Below are positions 43,104 through 58,000 of a stretch of 64,000 bases of DNA, piece by piece. Source of the stretch: Chrysomallon squamiferum. Its lineage: Eukaryota > Animalia > Mollusca. The translations under genes were made by a program, and so were the position numbers. The stretch lies in contig CM022670.1 of the NCBI GenBank assembly GCA_012295275.1, positions 22,754,001 to 22,818,000 on the forward strand, read 5' to 3'. The notes beneath the pieces were generated by a model. That model did not search any database and was not told where the DNA came from. It saw only the letters and a list, made by a program, of their open reading frames with translations. Numbering within the stretch: position 1 is the stretch's first letter; each line of letters begins with the position of its first letter.

Positions 43104-44382
43104 AATAAATAAATAAAATATTGTGATTGATTGAAAATAGCGTCGAGTATTGTAATGTTTAGACAAACCATCTCATTATAAAAATAAAATAACCAAACAA
43201 AAAGCAATAATAATGAACAAAAGAACACGAAAACAAAAAAGACCTCTTCACCTCTTACTGTCATTTAAAAAAAAAAAGTCCATCTCTAAATCGATGGTAT
43301 TTCTGTTTTAATAACTGCAAAAAATGCAAACATTCATTTTCCGAATAAAGATGCATTTTTCTATAAATAAAGGAATAACTTACTGCTTTAAAAAATTCAT
43401 ACATTCTCTGTGGTTATAAATAGTTGCGATTCTCAATGGCGTGGCGCCATATTTGTCTTCTCTGTCTATTGGCACGTGGGCATTATGTAGGGCGCGCAGT
43501 GCTAGTAATTTCCCTGCCTCTGCAGCGAAATGGGCGGGAGTCCACCCCGTTCCAGTTCTAGCAGTTCCTTTGGCGCCATGTTCAAGGAGCAGACGTATTC
43601 CATCTACAAATCCTATTTAATAATAATAATAATAATAATATCTTTCCTATATTAAAAGCTTTTACAGTTATCTTTTTTTTTCTTCTTATTAGCAATAATT
43701 ATGCTTTATGTTTTCTTTAATTTTTTTCCAGATGTCAGATAATGTTTTGACCCTAGCATATACCTTATAGTTTCTAAAATCCTCTTTTGAACAAGTACAT
43801 ACAGGTCAAAAAAAAAAAAAAAAAAAAAAAAAAAAGAAAAAAGAAAGACAAAAGGAAAACAAATAAAATAAAATAAAATATATACTATATTTCGGCAAAT
43901 AAATAAAGCAAAGTATCCGTCAAACTAAAAAGATATTAATTATGCAAGGACTAATTCACTGTTGTTGTTTCTGTGAACGAATATATGAAGGTTTGTCCTG
44001 AAATTAGCAAGGAAAGTCCCATGATCATGATGTTATTATTGGTTATTATATATATTTTTTTAAACTATATTTTTGTGGATGGAGGCTGATTTTGATTTTG
44101 AAGATAACGATCCCTAAGAACGCCGCCAAACTGTCCTAGATAGTTAAGATTAAACAACATTAGAGTTTGAGTTTCGTTTCATTTTTCTTAAAATCTCACT
44201 GAAAATTATTTTATCAAAGATTTAACAGACTTACCTTTAGCAGACGCCCAGTGAAGCGCAGTCCGGTCATTCCAGTCGATGTCTTTTTCGTTGACATCGA
44301 TCTTGCCGCTTCTTAGAAATTCCTCTAAGGCGTCATAATCGTGGCTTGCTGCTGCTTCGTGTAGTTCTAAACCCAACAGCAT
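42956..44382 (-). CDS. ANKRD66: Ankyrin repeat protein, ANKRD66-like, 3 coding exons; 135 aa as written, probably ~159 aa ending at 42883 if a 1-nt insertion is corrected
   Basis: Exons 44235-44382, 43384-43612, 42956-42986. Translation 'LELHEAAA...DIDWNDRTALHWASAKG...GWTPAHFAAEAGKL...DKYGATPLRIATIYNHRECMNFLKQAE'. A probable upstream non-coding exon ends at AAG|GTAAAC at 45629. Orthology is by recognition only. Confidence 0.85.
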
Positions 44383-45051
44383 GGCAGTCCGTACTCTCTG
44401 TGCTAACAGACGACGTGAAGTTAGACAACAGTGAAATAAAATCAAAACGTAATAATTATAGAGTAATAATTATAACCAGTGACATTTCTTTTTTTCTTCT
44501 TTTTTTTTTTTTTTTTAATTATATCTGTTAGGTGATGTTTTTAATAGCATCTATATAAAAATAAAGACACACTGTTTAAAATAAATTTTCATCTTTCTAA
44601 ATAAAATTATTTCGGTTAATATCTGAGACAGCTGCTAACGTTCTTTCCACGTGAAGTAATAACAATAACAAAAACAATAACAACAAATAATTAACTGATT
44701 AACTAGCTAGAACGACAAACAAGCAAGCAACCAAACTAACAAAATAGCCAAACAACAAAGAGCTGCTATAAAGAAGTTAGGAAACTGTAGACAATATAAA
44801 CAAAGACATTTTACAAAGAATCAACTGAGGGATCCTTTGACAAAAGAAGACTGCCCGAAATAGCACAAATACAAAACAAGCAGGTTCAATACCGTTAATA
44901 ATATTTGTACACCGGCCACGATACAGTGCAGTTGTTTTGTATGACTATATAGGTTAATCCAGGCTTACCTCAAAACAAGTCTTTTAAATTAGCACTGTGA
45001 GCCTGTCTTCTTAGAACAATAATAAATTAGATAATTAAAATATTATAAAAA

Positions 45052-45163
<112 letters not shown>

Positions 45164-45973
45164 GCTTATATATATATGTTCATTCTTTATTCCTTCCTAA
45201 ACAGTATGCCTCATTATATCGAAGGTTTTTCGACATTTCTGTTTATAATATGTGTAATGTTTGTAAAGTAGTTGGAGAATCACTGGTTACACCATAGGGT
45301 GACAAAACGTACGTATATGTCATTATAGTCATATCGTAAGAATTTAATTTGGAACTGGCTTACTCAGACAATTTTATGCCACACATTTTGTATTTGTAAA
45401 CCGTGTCATTTTAGAAAACGTGTTCAAGTACAGCCTCAACATGCAAAATATAAACAAGTAATAATGTCAGTGCGATCGACACAACGAACACAGACACATA
45501 AAAATGGACGATAAACGTGAAGGCGTGTCTCGTTTAAAAAAACAACCCAACCTATTATTATTTATTACAATTTTTTATAATCATTTTCTTGCAATACTTT
45601 AAAGTGTTGTCATCAGTAATCAGTTTACCTTGAGTAGGCTCTGTTTGAGCGATTTGTAATTTAATATTACATCTACTCCAATTTCAGATCGCGTCCCTCG
45701 CAACGGCCGATTGACACAGTACCTATCGACCAAACGTCTTTATCTTTAATGGCTATCTTCAGACCGCGTATTAGTTGTCGTAAACGGGAACAGAAGAAAA
45801 AAAAAAAAAATAATAAAAAGAAAAAAATAGATTTTAGAAAACATCCGATCGGAAAATGAGTGGGTATTAAATGTATAATCATGTCTTGATGTAAATATTA
45901 GTCACCAGGTGTCCATCTTTGTGTTTATAAATACACCAAATTATCTGTAGTAACAAATCCTCGTAACAACAAC

Positions 45974-46004
<31 letters not shown>

Positions 46005-48070
46005 CAAAATTATATTATATAAAAAAAATTATATAACAATATTATATAAAAATGACTTAAAAAAGAACAAGTGAAAAATAATTTTATATATATAAAGAAA
46101 ATAAATCTTGTGCTATATAAAAGATAATATATAACTTCCACAGCAAATCGTAAATAATTCATACACAAGATATACAGGTTTATATTTGTATATATAAACA
46201 TAAATATATCTTTGAAATAATACAAACAATAAAACCATTTTTTTCAGAATTTTAGAAATCTTTATTTTTTCTTCTTCAATTATTTTCAAATTACAGATAT
46301 CATACAACTGTTTTATCAAGATATGACTGAAATATATTTAAACTTAAAACAATTCAAATGCTATTCAATAGCTAGTACACTAAATCACAAATATAAATTA
46401 AAATCTAAAAATATATTCCATTAGATAAGTTAACTATTTCAAACCAGGCTTGTCTGGTTGTAATAATAATAATAATAATAATGATAATCATTTTCACAAA
46501 CAGAATTTTATTTTTATTCAGAAATATATATATATATATAGACACATACACATACACAAGTAACGGAATTATTCTATTTATATTAAATATTTATTAACAT
46601 TCCATTATAGCATAAATATAACTAACCTCCACATATATATTTTTAATTCTGATGTTTTCATAATAAAAAGAATCCCATAAATAAAAAAAATTAAATAAAA
46701 ATCATTCACAACCTCTTCTTCTCTTGAGAAATAAAACAACAGCAACAGCAACAGAAACTTGAACAAATGAATATTTACTCTTATTATTATTATTATTATT
46801 TTTTTTAGCAATTTCTAGTGATTTGTTTTAATATGCACAAATCTTGAAATCAGTATCATAAAACAAAACACAGATTAACTACTGATGTCAGGACAAAAAC
46901 CATTCTTATGAAAGTATTCCATACATCATGTAATAACGAGACTTGTAAAGTAATAAAGGAATCTAAAACACACTGTATATATTTACAGTTAACAAACTAA
47001 GTAACATTGCACTTCATTTGTTCATAACAAATCAAATTTGTTTAAATCAAACAGTAAAAAAAAAAAAAAAAATTCATTATAGTTACAAAATTAAAGATAT
47101 ATTTTGTATATTAATGATTTTTTTAAAGAAAATTTACTGGTACAACAATTATTTAATTTCAAACAAAACATAATAACAATTGTTCTATGTATAAGCTTGT
47201 ATATATATATATACATAACTTGCACAGCAACTGGTAAATAATCTCAGGTATACTGGAAACAGTTAAATAACAAAATTAACCTTGACAGTAAACTAGTTTA
47301 TTTAACATTATGAAGATAGGATTATACAGCTAAACAATAACCCCCACAAAAAAACAACAACAACAGAAAACAAGATAATAAAATAAAAAACAGTAAGTAT
47401 ATTAATACTAACTCAAAGCTGACAAAACACTACTCTGACCCACACGATGAATTGGATACTCAGAAAATATTTACAACCAAACAGGTTTTGTTCTAGCTGT
47501 CTTTAGCAACTATATTTTGACTTTTTCACTAGCCTGGTTTTGGACAAAGTGTTTAGAGTTATCAGCATAAAGTAAAGGGTGAATTCTTGTACAATGCTGT
47601 AAAATTAGTGAGGAGAATATTAGCACAGTACAGTTTCACAGTTAAAGATTATAATGGAACTACAACCCCCCCACCCAAAAAAAATGCATATAATTTTATT
47701 ACATGGCAACATTAAATATAAAACATCGCTTTTATGCTATATTAAATTTTATTTCTTGTTTCTAAAATTGAAATTATACATTATGAAGCATGTATTTACT
47801 AAGTACTGGCTGAAGGTACACTGCTATACACTACATCTCTGGTTTTTTTTGCTAGTTCTTATTTTTCTGTCCAGTGAAGCACCTTGTCATGGATATTTTG
47901 GATTCTCTCCTGAATATTTACAACAATCTTAATTATATTAAGAAAAATAATCGACATGAAAAAACATTTCTGGTTTCAGATTATATTTTCTTCCATTAAA
48001 AAAAACATTATTAATGCCACATAATGCATAAGCTGACATCATAGTGTTTAGTTTTCATCCTTCAGTCAAA

Positions 48071-48809
48071 TCATAATAGATCTGGAAACTTCTGTTTTAT
48101 GGCAACCAGCTGAAATAGTAAAACAGTTTATTGTTATATGAATATAAATAATTTTCAGTTTTTGAAATAGACAACCACAAACACACACAAATTAATATAT
48201 AAGGAGAATAATTATATTATTATAAAATGTATTACTGAGAAAAAAAAAAGAGTAAGTAATTGAACTGAAAAAGATATATCTTTATTTTGGTTTATTTACG
48301 TTTTAATGATATCTGATATGGTAATATAAAAGTTATTTACACATATTAATAAATATTCTAATATTAAGTTTGCTGATTTCAAAACAGATTATTTAAAAAA
48401 AAATTCTATTATTTTTTTTAACAAACAATTAATGACATTAAAATACACATACCTCTTTTTGTACCATTTTCTTCTTATTTAAATAAAGCTGTGCTTTTTG
48501 TATGTCTCCTAATTTAGCATACTGTTTAGCTTCTGCTTCGTAACTTGGTATCTCATTCTTGACAACTGCTATATAAGCTGCAGAAAAATAATATAAACAG
48601 ATATAAATATTAAAAAAAATCTTAATTTGGAAGAAATACACACATCCACATTGTATTCTGTTTCTTTTAATTGTAGATAGAATTTTTTTATATACTGAAT
48701 AATTGGTTAATAAACTTTATTCATTTTAAAATGTATCATTTAATACATGGTGAGGAATCTTATGTACTGATGTCTTGTGCATTTTATAAATATATATATA
48801 CATATATAC

Positions 48810-48841
<32 letters not shown>

Positions 48842-49283
48842 GTCTATATATATATATATATATATATAAAAAAACAAACATACATTATGTGCATCCTAGG
48901 CATAGTATTAGTTAATATTTCCCTAATTCAAAACTAAATTAGTTGATATGGTAAGGTGTGTAGGATGTAAAGTTAAATAAATAAATAAGTATTCTGAGTG
49001 ATATACCTTTCCAAGTTTCCTTTCCTCCTTCTCTGAGCTTTTTCTGCTGCAGTTCGATTTTCTCCTGTAACAGACTGCTTTTGTGTTTCAGTGTCTGTAA
49101 CTGCGTCAAACTTAGACTGTCTTTTAAAGCAGCTATCTGAAGTCAAAAATAAATATAAATAATAATAAAAATAATAATAATTAAAATTTAAATAAATAAA
49201 TAAATAAATAAATATGTAAACAAAAATAACTTAAAATAAAAAAAATAAAAAAAATCCATGAATCAATCATATTAAAAAATAAA

Positions 49284-49314
<31 letters not shown>

Positions 49315-52311
49315 TAATAAAAATAATATAAATAATCATCATCATCATAATAATAATAAAATGAAATAAAAATAAATAAATAAATAAATAAAATTGTTAA
49401 ATAATATAAAAGAATAATAATAATAAAAAAAAGTAATAGGAAAATGAGAAAAGAAATAATGCAATAAAATAATTTGTAAAATAAAATGAAAAATAAGTAC
49501 TAAAAATATGAATTAAATTAGAGAAAAAAATATAGTTACAAAATTATGTTAACAGAATGAAAATATTATTTACTTGTATAATTATGTGTATTCTGTCAAT
49601 ATGAACTTAAATAAACATAAATAACATAAAATGTTAAAAATAAAATTAAATATATAAGTATTATTATATAAAAAAATAAATAAAATAAAATAAAGGACAA
49701 GAAAAATTAAAAACTAAAAACAGAAAATAATATATTAAATAAATAAAACAATATAATAAAAATAAAAGTGACATTAATTATTAATAGATTGAAATGTAAT
49801 TCTGTATATTCTGCTTCTGTGTACTTAAATAAACATACACCAATAAATAATAATAAAGAAATAAAATATTAATAAATAAATAAGTTAAAAACAAACCCAA
49901 TAAAAAACCCAAGAATAACCCAAAAGAAATAACTATAAAATGAAATACATTACATTAAGTAATTCTGTGTATTGTTATGTAGACTTAAGGAAACATAAAT
50001 AAAAAATACAATACAATACAATAAAATAAAATAAAATAATAAAACAAATATAATATAATATAAAATTAAATAGATAAGTATATTTAATAAATTAAAATTT
50101 GAAAAAGTAAAATAAAATAAAATAAGTAAACAAAATTAAATAAATTAATAAAATAAAAAAATAATAATAAAAATAGAATAATGTAAGTAAACAATATATA
50201 TTTGTAAAATAAAATATATAAAATAAATAAAATAAATAAATCAGTAAAAAATAAAAAAATAAAAACAACAAAAAATAATAATAAAAATTATAAAATAAAA
50301 AAAAAAAAAAAAATAATACAATACAATAAAATATAAAATAAATAAAAGCAAAGAAAAATACAGAAAACCCCAGAAAACAATACATTAAATAAGTAAATTT
50401 TGAAAAAAAAAATTATAAAATAAATAAAATAATGAAATAAAAAATAAAGGAAAAGAAATACAAGAAAATAAAAGCATTAAGTAAATGGGAAAAAAATGCA
50501 TTATATAAATAAAATTAAATTAAAAAATAATAAATTAAAAAAAAAATAAAAAAAAAAAAAAAATAAGATAAATAAAATATAGAAAACTATAAAATGAAAT
50601 ATAATAAGTAAAAAAACCCAGAAAATAAAATAAAGTGACAGAAAAAAAAAAAAATATAAATAAAATATAATAAATAAAATTAAAATAAAACAAAGACCAA
50701 AAAAAAAAAATTAAATAAAATATTAAAAAAAAATATATAAATAAAATAAAAGTAAAGAAAAAAGTAAAATAAAATCAAATCAGAATTAATTTGTGTAATT
50801 CTGTCTATCTTACCTGTTTATCTAACTGTTGTTTCTCATATCTCAGAACTTCCATTGACATAGCACCTTCACTGGAATGTAAAATCAAATTTGTAGAAAA
50901 GGAATATTTCTTTAAAAAAGAAATATAGATAGGCTGTGAGATATTGTGTGTGTATGTGTGTGTGTGTGTACATATATGTCTTTATACAAGTGTACATTGG
51001 ATATGCAAACAAAGAATTTTTTTTTTTATATTATGTAAAAACCTAATTACACTAATTTGAAATAAATTTAGACTTTATCTTGAATTTTAAACAAATAAGC
51101 AGAAGAAAAATAAATACACACACACACACATATGTATAAAACAAAATAAAAACAATAAAACTATCAAAAATAATTAAACAAAAATTTAGCTTTTTTCATC
51201 TTTTATTCAGTATTAAAATAACAAATAGATACATTTTAAAGATATTGTTTGTTTCACACAACAACAATGGACGGACTCTATATATAAAGTGTAACAAAAA
51301 TAATAACTTCACAGAATATTCAATGGATTAAAATAATACAGTAAAACAGTGCACTAAATACTGAATCAAACTCTTGGTTTTGGTTAATATCACATATTGT
51401 AATCATAAAATAAACAACTCAAATAAAACAAATAAACATTTAATATTAAAAAAGCACTAAAATGTTTCCTATTGAATTATCCACAAAACCTAAAAAAAAA
51501 AAAATAAAAAAAAATAATAATAATAGAAACAAATAAATGAATAAATACATAAATAAACCCGTACTGCTTGAAAAGAACAAAAATAGGAATTTGTTTTTTA
51601 TGTGATTTTTTATACAAAAACAAAATAACATTTAAAATTTCATAAAAGTGTCTACAGCAGTTGCATCTTTAGATATATTTGAAATTCACTGTATATTATC
51701 AAAAATGTAAGTTATAATAATTATGTTGTTTTCATTTATAATATTTATTTTAATAAGTAAATAAATTCTAAGAAATAAAAAAAAATTAAAAATTACAATA
51801 AATAAATAAAACTTATATTAAAAAAATAAAATAAGAAAATAATTTGTCAGTTTGTTTTTTCACTGAAGTGAAGGTAAAAATAGTTAATTTTTCAGTATTC
51901 TGTTTCTTTATGTTTAAAAAAAAAAAAAAACGATATCATATGATGTGTAAATGAAACAAAATAATCCCTGAAATCATGATTTTAAAAGTATAAAAATAAA
52001 ATAGACTCATTTTGTACTTGTTGAATGTACAAAACATAATAAAATATATCAATATAAAAATGAAGTTGTGTATATTAATACAATGAGCTGTAAATATATT
52101 TTCAAAATTTTCAAAATTATAAAAATATATAACTTTAAGTAAATCTGTAAAAGAAATTTTAAACTATGTATATTAATAAATAATAATAATAATAAAACAA
52201 ATATGAGACTTTAAAAGAAATTTTATATATTATTTATATATCTGTAAAATAAATAATTCTGAAACTTTCAATACAACTGTATCCATGTATATGTGAATTT
52301 ATTTATCACTG

Positions 52312-52351
<40 letters not shown>

Positions 52352-55022
52352 AAAAAAAGTAAAGTAAATTGCACCAAGAACAAGACAAGATAATCTGTCA
52401 AATAAAATAAAGCATGTGGTTTATAAAATATTGGCATCAAACAAATCTAAAATGTTAACACTAATCAACATTTTTATTTTTTTAATCCAAAATACTTAGG
52501 CATACAAGTTTTTCTTTATAAAGAAACAATTTTCTTAATTTTATATAATGAAGTTTTATTTTGATTAAAAGTTAAAGAAAGAAGAATGATGCACGTAGTA
52601 AATTATCACAGACATTAACAGAATCTTATGGTGGGTTTATCTTCTGTTAAGAAATTCCTCCTCTTCATCATTAGTTATGTCAGAATGCAGATGCTTGATT
52701 TTACACTGGCAAAGAGAGAGAGAAAAAAAAAATTTACTTTTTGACTGCACAATGACAAACGGCCAAGAGTTGTGCCAATGATATATAAAAATTTAAATTA
52801 TTTTAAAGCAACTGAACTAGAAAAATAATGTGCATTTAAGAAAATGAGGAATTTCATTTTATCTTTTTTTTTCTTTATTTTAAAAATTTAAACAAAATTA
52901 TTTTTATACCATTTAAAGAAAATGTCTGTGATTTATTTACTACGACAGGTTATTATATTATTACAAATAGTCAAGGTAAAATAGATTCTGAGGATGAATA
53001 AAAATTCAGAATAGTAAAACTGTACTGTATCCATTTGTTTTGTCATTAATTATAAAAATGAAAAGTAAAAAATAGATAAAATAATAATAATAATAACAAA
53101 AATAATCAAGTGAAAAAGTAAATTAATTAAATTAATAAATAAAATAATAAAATGCAAAACCAAATACCTGAATTTATTTTTTTCAAAATATAAAATTGTA
53201 ACTTAAAAAATTCTTACCTTTTTTGTCTCTGAATATTCTGGTGTGAAACAAAAAAAAAAAAAAAAAAAAAAAAAAATAATAATAATATTTATAATAAATA
53301 AATAAAAAAAAAATAATAATAATAATAATAATAATAATTTGATAGTTTAAGATTTGCTTTTAAATAATGTATTAACTGAATTCATTAATTAGAATTGGTT
53401 ATAATTATTATCATTGTATTCAATGAAGAACATTTTTAATTTTTAAAGAAATTAATTATAATGTAATTACACACGTGAAAAAACAAAACAAAACAATTAA
53501 TGGTAATCAATGAACCAAATCACTAGGTTTTATTCACCTATTAATGTATCAGGTTTTTTTATGTTTAGAAAAGTGATACTAACCTTCTTTGCATTTTCTG
53601 ACTGATTCTGAAAAATAATAAAATTTATAAACATTTAACTAAGTTCTGTGTACTTTTATTTTAGAAATGTATAAATGAATAAAAACTAAACAAAACACAT
53701 ATTAATTCAATTAAACATTATTACCACTACATTTAGCTTTTATACAATATTTACTTCTTCAAGTCTGAAGAAAAATAATTAAACATTTAAAAAACTCCAC
53801 AAAAAAAAAAAAAAAAATTTATTTTTACCTAGAACATTAATACTTTAATAAATAATTCTAAAATATGAGGATAATTTCATTTTATGGACTGGATTTAAAA
53901 AAAAATGAAAAAAAAAAATGAGATTTTTGTTTTTAATCAAGTAAAAATGTAATAGAGTGAATCTTACCAGAGACGCTTGTGTTCTGAGAAACTGGTCAAT
54001 GACCAGCCATTTTTCTTTAACTTCATCAACCTGCTTGTTTTTGAATGGATCCCGCACTCGAACTTTGATTTCAAGTTTCCCTCCTACAGATTTACGACCA
54101 TCCATCAGCTGAAAAAATTAAATAAAAGAAAAATGACAGACAAGAGAATGAAATTAATTTTAAGAATAAAATTATCAAAATAAATGTACACCAATCATTT
54201 TTATTTTATGTTTTTGCTTTTGTTAAATTGTAATGGAAAGCAGGTAATTCTAAATAACAAACTTTAGTAATATATTGCAGAGAGTAATCATAATATTTCA
54301 AATTAAGCTTAGGTCTATGGCTTAAATTAATTATAAAACAATCTCCCTTATATAGAATTATAAATAAACAAGAGACATGACAAAAAATGAAAATACTGCA
54401 AACCAGTTAAGGAGTTCCTGATGGAATGGAAAGTAAAGAAAATGCACACTGGTTAAAATGAACCAAATATAGAGAAGAAGAAAAAGAGAAGAGAATTTGA
54501 AGAACTTACATCATAGCTATCATGTAAAGTACACTGATTGTCTAGGGGCATCAGTTTGACATTCACTGTACCAAGCAGTTTATCACCTTTCAGAAATCCC
54601 CTGCAAAATATCAATTAATATTTATTGAATACTTGCTATTCTTTTATTTAAAAAAAAATATTCCAGATATGTCAAAAATACATCTTTCAAATTAAAAGGA
54701 ACTTGTATTTAAAAATAATTAAATAAATCAAATCAAATCAAAATAAAATAAAATATTTTTCAATTTTTATGAGACTTCTTTTTAGTAATGTATGATAGTG
54801 ATAGTTAATACCTTTTATAGAAAATATCTAATTTAATTCCTTTCCTGTCCACAACTCTTGCAAAGGCTCGAGCTTTCGGTTTATCTGCAGTACAACTTTT
54901 TCGTCATATTCTAAAATATTTTAAAACACATTTAAATACTGCTTGCTGTTATTTAATCTAATTATCTAGAAAATATCTCAGGAATTCATTGAAACTGTAT
55001 AAACCTAATGAGGACTTCTATG

Positions 55023-55066
<44 letters not shown>

Positions 55067-58000
55067 TATAATGATACATACACAGATACATACATAAATA
55101 AATAAATGATGCCACACAAACATACAAATATACCAACATCAAGCCAGCCCACTTCGATAGATCAAGACTCATTTATTGAAAGACAATTACAAAAATCATG
55201 ATTTTTAATACCACTGTTTTCTTAGGTCCCACAATATAATAGATAAAAACAGAAAACAAGGACAAAAAGATAACAAGAAAACCCTGTCATATTAAAAATG
55301 ATTAATACCTGGATTTATGCTACCCTTAACTGTGTCAAACTTCTTTTCTTGTGGATCCTCCTGAAAATATTTATCTTACGTTCACAAAAACATCAACTCA
55401 TTTATTAAAATAGTTCAGATATTACATCATACTGGATAATACTGGATATCATCAGAATGTTATGACTGAAAAGGTAAAACTGTATTTTTAAAATAACTAA
55501 ATTTAAAATGAAAGATTCTGTGATTTACGCTATTTGTAAAACTGTTGTAACCAGATTAGATATCCACAATTGCTGTTTAGTCGTTTTTTGCTTTTTAAAA
55601 TAAACTCAAAATAACAGATGTTATTTTTCTCATAAATAATCTATATTTCCTCAAACTATTATAATTTTGCTTTATAAATAGCAAAATTAACAAAAAGTAA
55701 GGAATTTTGTTTAAACTTGAAAATTAGTACAGCAAAGTACATAGAAAAATCAGGTTAATACTCACATTGGGATAAGGAAGCTCACATTTTACATATGTAT
55801 CCAAATCTTTTTCTGAAAAACCTTGAAAAAAAAAAAGAAACAAAGAAAAACTAAAAAAAATATCAATTTTAAAAAATGATCTTAATGTAAATGAACAAAT
55901 TAAACAAATAAAAAAAAAGAGAGAATTAATCTATATATAGTAATAAGATCAAATGTGAGAATGTTATGTTGTTACTACATTTTATTACCATTTAAAATTA
56001 ATATTGTTACTTTGATTGACTAATGTATAAACATCATCTGAACAGAAAGTAAAATGAAAAAATAAAACAACAATGAACATTAATAATATACTTACCATTT
56101 GGTAGATGATACTGTATTCCTCTAATGACATTTAATTCCATCTCTCCATCTCCTAAATCAGTGTTAGTTCTGAAAAGTTAGACACAAAATTAAAAAAAAT
56201 AATAAATAAACATAACACTGAACTTTAATAAAACAAATAAATAACAAAAGTTTTGGTAAACAAAATTTAAAAAAAAAAAAAAAATTTAGCTTCATGAAAA
56301 AAAGAGTTAAATCATTAAGAATCACCCAAAACAAATTTGTTTAAAAATATCAGAATAATTTTAAAATTTACCATTAACCAGTGTATAATTTTAAATTTAA
56401 TTTCTACTACTGATAATTATTGATAATTTTAATTGTTTAATTCAGAGGACAAAAACTAACCTAACTACTGAAAAACATTTTGTCTCATAATGAAACTTAG
56501 GAACTGGGTCACCATGGAGAGAGGCATTTTTTAAGGCATCAAGATCTTTCCTACAGCTGTCTTCTAGTTTCTGAAATCTGAAAATAACCACTTAATTATA
56601 GGTCACAATTGTTAATAAAGAAAAAATATTTCCATCATTTATTTAGTTTTCCCTTTGGCAAATTCAATAAATTAATTGCAAAGCTAAATGTTTTCTTTTT
56701 TGTAAAACATCCAACTACAGTGATAACAACCAAAAATTAAATATAATGATCACAAACCACAAAAAACTATACAATTAAAACCGAGTTTAAATAAAAGTAA
56801 ATTTCATTTCAGTTCATGTGTTTTTCAACAGATAAGTTGTTTTTTTTTTTGAATAATTATATCATCTGTTTAAGTTTTTTAAAGAAGACATTTAATGCAC
56901 GAAAGCGACGTTTCAGCAAATTAATAGTAATTTAATAATAAATATAATTTAATAAAAAAAAAAAAAAAAAATTATTTTCTTTAAATTAAGGAAATTGTGA
57001 AGTGTCTTTTTGAAAACTAGTTTGATTGTGTGAAGAAATTTTATTTTATTTTATTTTAAAAGAATGACAATGTTTATAAAACAGCAGATGATCTTACCTT
57101 TCGGCAGATGCCACATCTCCAAGTTTTCGGAAGTGTTGAGAGTTTGTGGCACATATCTGAAAGTAAAGGAAAATAACAAAATGATGCAAAATAAAATTAT
57201 TGTGAACTCACTCAGCTGTTATCTAGTATTAACAGTTCACTCACTAGATGAAATAATTAAATTATCTTTTCAATAATTTTCAAAAATCATCTAGGCACCC
57301 TAATATAGTTCTATCAAGTGTGTTGCTACTAAAATCAATGCACCTTAATTGGGTTCTTTAAAGGTATTTTTGTTAAAATCAACACAGGTTAATCTCATTC
57401 TTTAAATGTGTTTCTATTAAAATCACCCGAATCTGAATCATTTAAGTGTTTTTATTTAAATCAATATGACTTTAAAGTGACTTTAAAATAAACACACCCT
57501 AATCTGGTTTTTTAAGTCAGTTTCCAGCTTGGTGAAAACCTCTGTTCTGTCACCTGTTGGTGTGCAGTCTTCAGGGGAGACAATTACAAACTTGTCCGCT
57601 TCACCTGGCACGTTTGGTGATGGTGGGACCTAGAAATTTTAATAAAATACATTTTAATTATTAATAAACAAGTTCTGATGTATAAAGTGCCAAAAGAATA
57701 AACGTCAAATTTTAAAACAAATAAACAAAAACAAGTAAGATGATAATTAATGACTGTCAAAAATTGTTGCTGCAGCATAATCTAAAAATGGTAAAATCAA
57801 ATACCTAAAGAATAGCAATTCAGAATTTTAAATCAGCATTGATGTGTGTTTGTTCTTATGTCAGTGTCTTCATGATCACAGAATTATATTTTACTGAAAA
57901 CATGAATATTAAAGTTACATTGCAATTTTTTTTTTAGAAAAAATATTTACAGCTGATGAAGAAGAAGATTACACCTACATCAAATGAAATAATTTTTTTC

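Noticed and set aside
50092-50385. 97-aa hydrophobic F/Y/L ORF, and similar ORFs at 2683, 3372, 46010 and 51446
   Set aside because: Artefacts of A/T-rich low-complexity DNA.
53755-53835. Extra AG/GT pairs (a 10-nt pseudo-microexon and an AG|GT site) in a CC2D1 intron
   Set aside because: Not needed for frame continuity, weak context, and expected by chance in AT-rich introns.
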